From NCBI GenBank assembly GCA_000182565.2, contig KQ257461.1: a stretch of DNA of 64,000 bases. One strand, 5' to 3'. Made by a program: the position numbers and the translations under genes. The notes under the pieces were generated by a model. The model did not search any database. It saw nothing but the letters and a program-made list of their open reading frames with translations, and was not told the origin of the DNA. Of this stretch, positions 36,770 to 49,667 are shown piece after piece (positions within the stretch are counted from its first letter, which is position 1; every line of letters begins with the position of its first letter). The DNA is from Spizellomyces punctatus DAOM BR117. Taxonomy: Eukaryota.

Positions 36770-39699
36770 TTATAATGAGTTTCCACTACCGCTATCCGCT
36801 ATCGCTTTTGCATCATTCCCGACGTTCTCCATCAAGGTGAAGCTCTCCACGCTTTTGAAAAGATCCCCGAGGATGCCTGCCAATTTTGACCCCTGCAACC
36901 AACATCGCGACATCAAACGCAACGCTCGGAGGTGCGTCTTCACCCGTTGAGAGGCTGCTTGTACAGCCATGTCATCACCACGCATTGTTTGAGCCGCAAC
37001 AATGTGTACGAGGGCAGTCTGTGGATGATAGCAACGTTAGCAGCTTTCACAGAAGGATCATGCCCAAAATAAGCCTGCACATACCTGAAAAATGCAGAAA
37101 CACACAAATGGAGTTATCCAGTGCAGTTCTTGATTGGTCGACATTATCAATTCAAGCAAGGTCGCAACCGCGGTGGCCGACTGCTGTGATGCCAGGAAAT
37201 GGGGCGATCTCATTGCAACAGTAGGGCCCTGCGTCAGAATTGCCATCATCTTTGGCCGATGCAATAACACCACAGCCGTGTTATAAAACAAGTGCAGGTA
37301 TGCAACCTCCCATGGTGGTGGGGATAGTGCACCGTCCGCTGTTCGCCGCGTCCAGTTGGCAGCAAACGTTCGTCCTGGATTTCGCATCCACGGTGGTAGT
37401 CCGGCCATCCATTCCCGTAAAGCAGACTCAAGTTGCGCCATTCGGATTTCCGCTTCCGCCATTGAGATGACTTGAGTACCAGGTAATGAAGGTGTAGGGC
37501 TCTTTAGCATGCCCGTGTATTCCATGACGCGTCCAAAAATCTTGCCAAGGGTGATGTAGTGATCAAATGGACTATCGCTTTGGTACGATTCTTGCGGTCG
37601 TTGAGCTGGTGTCGCTCCAGTCGAAGACAACACAGTGAGCTGCCATTTGTTGTGGGATCCTTCCGAGTCACCGCTTGGCTCTTCATCATCCGGGCTCATC
37701 GTTTCCCAAACCCAAACTCCCACAGGCGCAAATACTCTCACATCCCTTTCCAAGCACAGCATCGATCTGTCAGCAGCCGCAGCGGCATAGCGATCCATCA
37801 AGAAACAACACCACCACAGTCTTCGGCGTCGCTCTTTCTCAAACCATGACATTGGGCCAAAAACATCTTGTACTTCTTGGAAATCTGGATCTAGATCCAT
37901 TTTCAGAGATTGCGCCATTCGAATAGCCATTCCAGAATACATCCAGGAAGCAGAGGCTATTGATAAACAGCAAGTCAGACTTATTCATAAAGACACGATA
38001 ACACCGCTCCATACCTCTTCCGCTGCCGGAAGCATAGGTCATCAGCATGATCAATGCTGATACAGTGTCCAACGTTGGAACATCTACCGTTTGACTGATG
38101 AGCAGCCGTGCCTTTGCGTAGAAAACATCACCCTATGAAAATAATTCTTTAGCTGTATGCCTCAGAGACCACATGATGACGCCAATTCACTTACAGCTTG
38201 ATACATCATTTCCGGATTCTTCCGAATTGATGGATGTTTCGAAAAACGTGCGGCCACGCAATACATCGCATTCAGAAGAAGGGGGCTCTGGGCCGCAATC
38301 GTACGGCGGAATTCCTTTTCATGTACTTGATGTCCAAGGATCGGATTTGCATAAGTGAAATATAGATCTAGGAGCTCATCTAAAGCCTCTTGAGGTATCT
38401 TTTCTTCCGTCGGCCAGCTTTTGAATTGCGGCGGTTCTGACGATGGAGCATATGGTATCTCACCGAATGGCACTTGCAATTGACGTGGAATGCTCCTTCG
38501 TTGCCGCACATTACCGAGACCCGGTCCCGCTCCATCCGGAAGGACGGACCCATTCCCAAGCAAACTAGTGAAGAAATCACCATTTTCATGTTCTAGGGAT
38601 TTCTCTGGAGTAAATGAGCCACCACCCATCAGCTCATCAAAATCGCGATCAATGATATTCCAAATGTCCTCGTCTTCAGAGTTTTGTGAAGCGGAAATCG
38701 AGGGAGAAATATTGGGCGACGGTTTGAGGGACAAAGTCGGTGACAAGCCAGTGGAAACTTGCATGGCAGGCATGACATTGGGATTTGAGTTGTACGCAAA
38801 GCCGTTCATGTATGGATTCACAGGACCGGTATCGATTGCGCCCATTGAAACTTGGTGAGGCACCGAGCTTTGTTGCAATTGAGTTCCTGCTATAAGTTGC
38901 TGTCCGTTCACTTGCATGGCGGGATTTATAGAGGCTCCATAAGACGAGTAAGGAGAGTAGGGTGATGACGAGTTTGCCATATTGGCAGTAGGATAGCCGA
39001 TTGATGAAGTGACCATGTGTTGTGCCGGCGGAAACATGGTTTGCGCGGTCATGGGCATGGGAATTGACATCGTTTGTTGAGGGAGAGATTGATCAGGAGT
39101 GGGAGGTACGGATGCAGAGGAGGGGGAATCGGAGAGCGTGCCTAGCACTGCAGCAGCTAAATGGGAAAAAATTAGGATTTGATTAGCATATATAAATTAA
39201 AGTAACCTTTCAGAGCTGACATAGGCAGGTCAAGAGTCAAATTGCCTTGCTTATATCTCAGCAGAACCATTCCATAACAGTTCCGAGTTGGTTGTAATGA
39301 AATCGGAGAGAATTGGCACCTACCATCTGGAAGCTTGTCGGCAAGAGGTCGAATGAGCGCCTCCATTTGCTTCAGCCTTGATTCTAATTCTTTAAGGTGT
39401 CCTTGTTTAGGACCCCGCTTCTTAGCTTCTCTTGCGTATGAACAGGTGAGAGCGCCGTTTAGACACTGTGTGCAAGCTGGTTGTTTTCCATCGCATTTCA
39501 CTTTGCGCTTATTGCAAATGTCGCAAGCTTTTGTTGTCCGTTTCCGTTTGTTGTGGCTTGAGCCCTTGGATGAGTCGTCCGTGTGAGGGGGTGACCCGCT
39601 TCCAGGCGAATCACCTTCCATGGGAGAATAAGGTAATCCGTCGCTCATTAAGAGTACGCTTCTTTTGGTCGAGTGAGGAAGTGGTGCAAAGTCTGTCAT
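36770..39699 (-). CDS. Zn2Cys6 transcription factor with fungal-specific TF (middle homology) domain
   Basis: KACDICNKRKVKCDGKQPACTQCLNGALTCSY, YSGMAIRMAQSLKMD and EKERRRRLWWCCFLMDR; start may be 39699 or 39648. Confidence 0.93.
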
Positions 39700-40695
39700 G
39701 AACTCAGTATGGGCAGTTGCCGACGAAAAAACAGGACCGTTTATAAGGTTGATAGAGCCACTACGTCGACGAGAAAACAAAATCGCTCGTATCGTTGGTA
39801 GCAACCCAGCTGACGGAGCCGTTTGTAAAGGTGTCCTATATGTGATTTGTGATGCTCCTGACAACGTCGACCATACCTATAGGGATATGGAGATATCTAG
39901 GAGCACGCGGGAGGCAGTCAATGCCCGGGACCTTGTAAATTTGAATGATTTCCGTGTGTGTTGTTCTCAAACGGAGGATAGCTTCTTTGTTGGGTCCGAT
40001 GGCCCTTGGAATGCTCAGTTATGTACGCCACCGCCTATGCATGACTGTGCCACCCATGTTCTAGTGCATTGTTTGATGACTCACAATCCAAACTATTCAG
40101 AACAAAAAAAAATAGAGGCGAAAAAGTTGGCGTTGGATTGCGGCGATGTCGGTCGGACTTTGAAAATCCAAGTGAGATTCAACCGGCAGAACGGACAAGT
40201 TGTCTGCCATGTGTTCTATTCTGAAAAAATTGGGTTTGGTGCTTGTTTTTCAGCATGTTCTACGGGTTTACTTTTGCCCCTTTAGCCGACGCTTTTTCAA
40301 CGCATGCTTGACACCAATCAAGGTGGACAACGGAGAAGCAACACTTTCTACAAGGACAAATCCATCTCAAGTTTGATAGCGATAAGTGAAGGAGGTGTAA
40401 AACTATTTTTCTGCTACCATCCGGAATAGAATGGACGCCTTCTCCCAGCGTGTTCCAGCGCGGTCTTGTGGGCAATAATAGCCCACGATCGTACTTGCAA
40501 ACTCCTTTGAGGGTCCCATTCAGCGGAGGGTCTATCACGTGACGGATAACCAGTGGCACAGCGCGTTATGATTGGCTGTAGCTTTTGCCAGCGCGACTCT
40601 ATACTGCGATTGCTGCCAATCCAGTTGGAATTCTTCCTTTTGCAAACTGAAGCTTGTCCAGCCCACCTGCGAAAAGCCAGGAACTTCAGTACAAG

Positions 40696-41721
40696 ATGGT
40701 ACGCATGCATAAACTACACAGAGACGAGGCTATGGTGATTTGGGTTCTGTTGAGAATGAAGGGCGATGGATGCATGGATGGATGGATGGATGGATGATGG
40801 ACAGGGGTGGATGGGTGTTCCTTGAAGACCACGACATGACATTGCGAGCATGTGGACAACCTCCGTGCCGACGGTCCATGTCGCGTGCGACCAACTCTTT
40901 TCGATCTCTTGCGAAAGGAAACGTTGTTCGAGATTGGAGAGGCAGCATCGTGGTGGAATAGAAGGCGAGATCAAATGAGCTGGGGAAAGCACATTTAGGG
41001 TGTGAAGGGCATCCCAAGTTTAGGGGGACGTGCGTAGGCGGGTAGAGCATGGATGGGCAAAGGCTTTCGTGCAAAGCTATCAGAGAGGAGGTACCCGCTA
41101 CGCTACCAGTTTCTCATTTGCCACATTATGTACTTTGCCAGGCCGACAGCGTGACGATCCGCACCCGCAAGTTCTTGACCAACCCGCTTCTGCAACGTAA
41201 GCAGATGGTCGTGGATGTCCTTCATCCTGGCCGCGCCAATGTTAGCAAGAAGGAACTCCGGGAGAAGCTTGCCAAGCTCTACAAGACCGATGAGGAGGTT
41301 GGTTCGACTGATGGTTAAATTATGGGCGACTATTGAGAATTTCTGACATGTGCGATGTTGCAAATGTTTGCAGAGCATCTTCGTATTTGGATTCCGTACC
41401 CAGTTTGGAGGTGGCAAGTCAACGGGATTTGCATTGATCTACAACTCTCTTGACTCTGCCAAGAAGTTCGAACCCAAGTACAGGCTTGTGCGGGTATGTG
41501 ATTGTGACGCACACGGTGGTGGATGATCCCATCGATCAGACCGTGTTACGAGGAATGTTGGCATGTTGCATGAGTAGTTTGTTGATCAGCCGACTTCCTT
41601 TACATAGCACGGTTTGGCGGAAAGCCAGAAGACGGCTCGTAAACAGCGCAAGGAGCGCAAGAACCGTTCCAAGAAGTTCCGTGGTACCAAGAAGGCGAAG
41701 GCTGCCAAGGCTGCCAAATAA
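40696..41721 (+). CDS. RPS24: 40S ribosomal protein S24 (eS24); first coding exon is ATG only
   Basis: ATG|intron 40699-41141|[61 protein letters not shown]. Confidence 0.97.
40765..40815 (+). repeat. (GGAT)n microsatellite in RPS24 intron 1
   Basis: gatggatgcatggatggatggatggatggatgatgg. Confidence 0.8.
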
Positions 41722-42819
41722 GGTATTGTTTCGCTTGATCATGATTGGAGACTTGAGAGCTCGGTCTCATTGCTCAATTCACAGGATCTTGACCATTTGT
41801 GCGATACGGTGGGAATTGGCAGGGGTCCTAACCGTCGCGGTAGTCCTGTTGGTAGATTTGAATGGGGGGTACTAGAACCATCCTTCGAACAAGTCGGTGT
41901 CTCGCTGTTCTTTTGCGTGATCACACTTGTTTCTGTACACAGCTTCGCCCTTGGCGATAATACAATAATCAAAAACATTGACTTGCATGCAGCAACCGCG
42001 CACCACGTCCCAATCGATAGTATTTCCTTCCCAACAGATCACGATGGACTAAGAATTAAGAGGCATGCAATGGTTTGGGCTTGCATGTTACCTCGTCGGT
42101 GATGACGTCTTTGCCAGACGCCAGCATTGCATCTGATCTCGCAGATGTTCGCGGTTGCTTTGTAATTCTAGTACCAAGAACAACAAGGAATGCAGAAATT
42201 GCGCTCTCTGGCAGCTGAAGCAGCAATAGCTGCATTCAATTACCCTCTCGCGTCAGAGAGCAATCGTCGAACAGCCCCCTCGCCAAATATAAGACTCAGC
42301 TAAATCTAGAGTACTCATGTTCAAGGACGAGGTTATTTGGCAGGTACAAAATTTGGTGTGGATGGGTATATTTGCCACGATGAGATACAGTAACTATTTC
42401 TCTGATGCGACATATTGAAAGACCACGTTACACAATCTATTTGAATGTTAGAGATCTTCATACCATGGACATACTGAGGCTCCCCTGCCCAGCTACCATC
42501 AATTCACATGGATGTGCAAAAGCACTATGGTTTACCATCATCATATGCTTTATTTCAAACGTGGCATTATCTTTTATTTTACAGCCTTAATAGATGATTA
42601 CCAGAGAGCCCTGTCATTGAGATGAGTTCCCCATTGATCTTATAGTTTTTTACAGTGTGCCCATTTGCATTTGATTCATCTTTGATGTGTGGGGTAAACT
42701 TTCAGATGTGCGCAGTTCACTACGCGAGTTCGCAACTCGTTTATCCTTTTTGGGCGACCTCAGAGTGACGTTCGACTCACACGCTTAGCCTTTGGGGTCC
42801 CCCGTTCAGGCCTTCGTTG

Positions 42820-42873
42820 ACCATCCATCCGGCCATCCGCACGAGTATCCATCCATCCATCCATCCACCATCC
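42820..42873 (+). repeat. (ATCC)n microsatellite in the Ran promoter/5' UTR
   Basis: ccatccatcc...atccatccatccatccatccaccatccc. Confidence 0.8.
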
Positions 42874-43075
42874 CTTGACATACTCTCGCTTGAAAGAGTA
42901 AGTACCTTTTGAATGAGAAGATGCATCGTCAACAGAGGACTGCGCGCTTTTTTTAAAAGGCCGCAGAGTTATGTGCGATCATTGAGATCTCCATGTCGGA
43001 TTCCCGCCCTTGACCCATCTGTGTTCATTTCTCACCTTAATTGCCTTGCTACACGTACAAATAGATTTAACAAAG

Positions 43076-44409
<1,334 letters not shown>

Positions 44410-44719
44410 TTCCTTTGATCGATTCCCCCTTCGGATCTTATCCCTAAAATTGCTCGCGGGTGTGTTTCTTGCGGGTCGTCTGTCTCCGTACCCTCCGTTT
44501 TCTTTTTACCTTGTCAATAGATTGTGCATATCGGAATTTTGAGGAGCAGATGTAGTAATATATGGTTGTGTTAGTTTGCCGATCCTCATAGCGACCAATT
44601 CTTGAGATTTGCCAACAATTTGTGGTCTGCAGCTACGTTGCACTAACACAATGAATTGAAATTAAATGCACAAGTATCATTAGGCCTATTCTACATTGAA
44701 ATATAGTGAGGAATGTTGC

Positions 44720-45534
44720 TCAAAGGTTCGAGCTTGTCGCCTCAGCAGATCGTAATCTTTCTGCCAAGTCACCAGGTTCTTGGAAGAAGTAGCCTTTCAG
44801 AAATAAACCTCGTAAGAAATTAGTCGTCAGGGGCTCAGAGAGACAATGCAAATGGAAGTGAGGCACAGAGTTGAAAGGCGGTTTGGTATATCCCAGCCTA
44901 CGCATGGGAAGAATTTTGTAAGAACCTTGTGACTATTTTCGCCTATCTCTATGTCCCACCGGTACTGCTCATTGGGCGCCAGTTTATCCTTCATTAAGTT
45001 TTCGCCGACCTTCTTCATGTGGCTAACTGGGAGCAAGTATTGATTGTCAAGTATCAGTATGGACTAGGTGTTAACCAAGGCTACTGTACTCAAATCCGCA
45101 TCGGAGCCTTCAAGTGCATTGCAATTTTTCACATGGCGTTTTGGGATTACGAGGTAATGAACCTGTAGAGGGGCAGTTCTTTTCCAATCAGATATCCTTC
45201 TAGAGATGCATTGCAACGGTTACAGGCTTACACGGGCAGCAGGATAGAGATCTGCAAACGCCACCGTAAGGTCATCCTAGGTTGCACGGAGATATGCTGT
45301 GGTAGAAAGGATCTGCCCAATATATCCTCATTGTTGCTTTTCAAGTACCTCATGGACGATGTCCGTGTTGGCCTCCTTTGCTACGATCTGGCATTGCAGT
45401 CATCGTGTGAGCTGGAGCGTTCATCAAAGCACTTAGAGAACCTAACAGTATTTGCTATCTCTAATTGCATCATTCATTCTCGTATACTCGATAAGGTCGG
45501 TTCGTACACTTGCCTTACAGAAAATACAGGACAT
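44720..45534 (-). CDS. Histidine triad nucleotide-binding protein (HINT3-like)
   Basis: MSCIFCK|IVAKE, AFADLYPAAR|VHYLVIPKRHV and LGYTKPPFNSVPHFHLHCL. Confidence 0.88.
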
Positions 45535-45758
45535 TCGTGTTCCGCTGACAGACTGATAACCAACGGTCAACCCTGCTGGAAGAGATCTGGTGCGGCATGA
45601 GGCAAATCTAACACGTGAGAATGTTGGTGTAAGCAACTCTCCGACTGAGGCTCATCATTTCCGTCCAACGAAGGCAGTTCTTGTAATAATGCTACCCAAC
45701 CGCCAGCCCATGCGATAATCACCCTACCCATTTATTTGAAGTCCACCATGATTAAAGC

Positions 45759-48171
45759 ATGGACCCTGCCCATTTCAATCATCCGCCAAGTGGCAGCCCT
45801 GTCGCCTCGTCACCTAGAGATGGGCACTATACGCACGCCACATCCTCTCCATACGTCAACTATCGAGGCAACTTGACGGACACAGCAAGGTCAACAAGTA
45901 GCAGTCACTACAGTGCTTTCTCCTCCCACTCTGCAAAGTCAGCAACAAAAGACGAAAATATCCATGTGGTGGTTCGGTAAGTGGAGAAGTGTGGACACGT
46001 GCGAGCTTCTTTATTAACAGTTTTCTGCCAGCTTTCGGCCACCCTCCAGTGCATCAAAGCGCCCGGGAAGTAATGAAATAGTTATATGTGGGGAAGATCG
46101 CCAAACTCTCCAGGTACATTTAGGTTGATTCTTGGGCAACTGACCACAACATTGAGTTAAAATGTAACAGATGATCACGGCAAACGGTGAAAGAAGACAG
46201 CTCACATTCGACCAAATCTTTGACGCGAATTGCTTGCAAGCGGATGTATTTGAGAATTCTGGGGTGAAAGATTTGGTGATCCGGGCACTTGATGGGTAAG
46301 TCGAAGAGCATCCGTTCGAACCTCCGGTTGTCTGCTAACAGAACGATCATCAAGATATGCAACTACTGTCTTTGCGTTTGGACAAACTGGGAGCGGAAAA
46401 AGCTTTACTATGACTGGACCACCTGGTGCAGAAATGGATCTGGACCGAAGCGGGATAATACTTCGTGCTCTGCAATTCTTGTTTGCTCAAATCAGTGCAC
46501 GTCCTGATATTACCTATACTGTCCGAGCCGCCTACCTAGAGATATACAATGAACACGTACGATGATGTTTGTCATGCAAAAAACCAAAAGTTTGAGTTAA
46601 TTAAAAAACATATTATCATAGGTACATGATCTGCTGAGCCCTTCAACTGCATCGTCTCTCACCGTGAGATACTCTGCTTCACGAGGATTTTATGTCGAGA
46701 ATCTATTAGTATTAGAGTGTCATGCGCTAGGCGACTGTGTAGCAGTTCTACAAGAAGGTACTTGAATTCGACTATGCCTCAGGTGACATACGAGCTAATT
46801 CCAAATGGGCACCGTACAGGTCTGCGTAATCGGACCACACGTGCCCATCAGCTCAATGAGTATTCTTCCAGAAGTCATGCAATGATGACATTGTACATTG
46901 ACAGTGAGCGGGCAGACCCGGAAGGCGGTTTGCCGTTGCGCCAACATGGGAAAATCAGCTTTGTCGATTTGGCTGGTACGTGCATATATATAAAATCACT
47001 GTCATCTCGAACTTATCGTGGAAGTTCTTATAGGTAGCGAGAAAGTCAAAGAATCAAAAACAACCGGCGATATGCTCACTGAGACGTTCAACATTAACAA
47101 AAGTCTTCTAACATTAGGTACGCATGTGATGTGCTGTCTGATCAGCTATGTATTTTCTAAGACGTTGGATTTCTTCGTTTGGGTTATAGGAAACTGCATA
47201 TCCGCGCTTTCCGATCCTCGCAAGCGAAACGGCCACATCCCGTATCGAGATTCGAACTTAACACGACTCCTTGCGGACTCTTTGGGCGGCAGCGGCTTGG
47301 CGTTGATGATAGCATGCATTTCTTCGTCGCCTCACCATTCAAATGAAACGCTAAAAACGCTACGTTATGCACAAAGAGCAAAACGCATTCAAAATCGGCC
47401 AGCCATGCACATAGAGCCTCGCGATGAAGTTGTAAATAGCTTAAAAAGGGAGATTGATCAGCTTCGAAGGGAAAATCAGCATCTGAAAGCTATGTTGTCA
47501 CAAGGCGAGATCGCACGACCGCATGAAGGAGAGTTTGGAGTGCAGTCTGGAGTGCATCTGCCGCAGATAGCGCAGGTTGTCTCCTATACAAACCATGCAG
47601 CACCAGAAAGATCATCAGTGAAACACCCGGTCAGCGGCCAAACGAATCAAACAGGAAGGGGACTGCATGCATCAATCCCTGCTTCAAAGGTTCGCGGCGG
47701 AAAGGGATCGAAGGTTGCTAGATCCGAGTCCAAGCTCCAGCGCTCACCCGCAGAACGGAAGCCTATGAACGCATCTCCATCCAGATACTCAATGCATCCG
47801 CCACAAGCTGCATCGCGCACAATGCCTAGTGGTGGTGCCATGCTCTCGCCAAAGTATGTTCCTTCTTTGGATCTCTACATCATACAAAATGCTCACCTGC
47901 TTCGTTTTCAGCAATCAACCAAGTATGGTTCCAGAAATGTGGTATCCTCAATGGTGAGATTTTAACGTGGTCAACCCCATTAGCTATTACCGTCTGTAAC
48001 AAAAGTTTTTACAGGCACGAGCAACCAATGTCCCCAATGATGCCATATCCCCCCGTCTATCAATATCCCATCAATTCACCAAGTGATGCTGCACAAATAC
48101 GGCAGCGAATCAGCCAGGATGTTCATGCACTCAATAACCAAATTGCTCTCATGGAGGGTAGACGTCGTTAA
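45759..48171 (+). CDS. Kinesin motor, KIF12/kinesin-16-like
   Basis: FGQTGSGKSFT, NEYSSRSHAM, GKISFVDLAG|SE, NINKSLLTL|GNCISAL and HIPYRDSNLTRLLADSLGGSG; the subfamily call is inferred. Confidence 0.88.
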
Positions 48172-48337
48172 CTCTCCGTAGGACAAGGAAGGATGAGAAC
48201 GCGAAAGGCAGATGTACTTCTGTGTAGGCTCAACGACGTGTACAATTCGGTCTAATCCTAACTAACTGCCAAAAATACACAAGTTGCTCATCTATCTAAA
48301 CTATACCACCGTAGTATCATCCCGAGATACTGATAGC

Positions 48338-49429
48338 TTAGGCCTTATCCAAACCTATATGAACAACATCTTGTACCATATCACCAACCCACAGCGACCC
48401 GATCAACGCAGGGTTGCTTCCAAGTGGGACAATCTTTTGTGCACTAGTTACCTGCTTATGAGGTTGGCCCTTTTTGTCAGTCCATGTCGTGATCCGCATA
48501 GCCTCGAGGTAGATTGCACAATTACGGACACCATCGCCCCGGGCGGCCGCCACTGGTAGTATTAGAGGATCATTTGGATCACCGTTGGGCCGGGCTACTT
48601 GCGGGTCATGAATGAGTAGCACGCACAAGTCGTGCTTTGTGAAACCTGGTAATTTGGCTTGGAGCTTCCATCCTTTTGCCGTCTCGATGAGTTTGACTTC
48701 TTCTACTGCCTGTTTTTCTGTAAATAAAATTGCTGATTTCTTTTCCGTTGGTTGTTGAATAGTGTCTTCTCCATTCGGCGTGGACGTCGGGTGAGATTGC
48801 CGTATGCTTGTTCTGCGCTTCGAATTTACTGCGGCAGGAGCTGTAAGAGTACGAGTTGGTTCGTATGGCAGTAAAAGAGCAGGTCCAGCATTGGAATAGC
48901 GCCTGTATGTCGGAGCGTATGGATTCTCCGCCGCAGGAGAATATGCAAGAAAATAGGGATTTCCTGTCATCATAGGTGCAGCCAGGGAAAAGCGACGTTG
49001 CCCGGGGATATATGCGCTCTGACCCATACTTGTCGGCTCAACGGCACCAGGTCGGTTATCATGGGAAGGGCGAGGGTCCGCAAGAGCCGCTAGGCGCCCC
49101 GGCGCTGAAAGCCTTCGAGCAAGTACTGCGGGAGGGGGCAAGTCCGGTCGCTGCGCATGTGGGCCATGCTCTCTGATTCGCCCCAGATTGTAGGGGGCTA
49201 CATTTCTGTTACTATAGTGCAATTGAGGATGAATTCCTTGATGCAAAACTGTAGGCAATGGGATCCAGTAGTAGGAGCCTTCAGCAGGAGGACCCACGAC
49301 AGGGACTGAGGGAATAGGTATCTGATTAACAAAAGGTTTGCTTGCTTGGGAAAGGCGTCGTCCTTTGGCCGCTGCAAGCTGCTCAGACTTTGCGGCCAGC
49401 TCCTCAAAGTTGGGATTTGTTCCGCTCAT
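48338..49429 (-). CDS. Protein with disordered Pro-rich N-terminus and C-terminal HSP20/alpha-crystallin-like domain; intronless
   Basis: VKLIETAKGWKLQAKLPGFTKHDL resembles the alpha-crystallin beta3-beta5 region; five RRxS motifs lie upstream. Confidence 0.6.
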   Translation of the reverse strand: MSGTNPNFEELAAKSEQLAAAKGRRLSQASKPFVNQIPIPSVPVVGPPAEGSYYWIPLPTVLHQGIHPQLHYSNRNVAPYNLGRIREHGPHAQRPDLPPPAVLARRLSAPGRLAALADPRPSHDNRPGAVEPTSMGQSAYIPGQRRFSLAAPMMTGNPYFLAYSPAAENPYAPTYRRYSNAGPALLLPYEPTRTLTAPAAVNSKRRTSIRQSHPTSTPNGEDTIQQPTEKKSAILFTEKQAVEEVKLIETAKGWKLQAKLPGFTKHDLCVLLIHDPQVARPNGDPNDPLILPVAAARGDGVRNCAIYLEAMRITTWTDKKGQPHKQVTSAQKIVPLGSNPALIGSLWVGDMVQDVVHIGLDKA

Positions 49430-49667
49430 GGATGGTATCAATTTTGAAATCCGATAGAAAGAGCAAACCAAGTATCAGGCCCTAACCGCGGCACGTACTC
49501 TACCCTTCTTGGCAACCTTTTTATTGACCAGAAACCATTGTCTGCCCTCTTGCGCCTTCACCCATATCCCCTCGATTTATGAGTTGCGTCAGACAACCTA
49601 TCTCCGCTGCTGACTAATCACCCTTGCTACAGTACCTAAATCTATCTATAGCTTGATGCAATAATTC

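Noticed and set aside
39698-40285. 195-aa plus-strand ORF, and similar antisense ORFs such as 12239-12847 and 62636-63271
   Set aside because: No recognisable motifs; they lie in leader/promoter DNA or opposite well-supported genes.
42099-42218. Intergenic C/D snoRNA (GTGATGA...CTGA)
   Set aside because: No terminal stem or convincing rRNA complementarity; such short boxes occur by chance.
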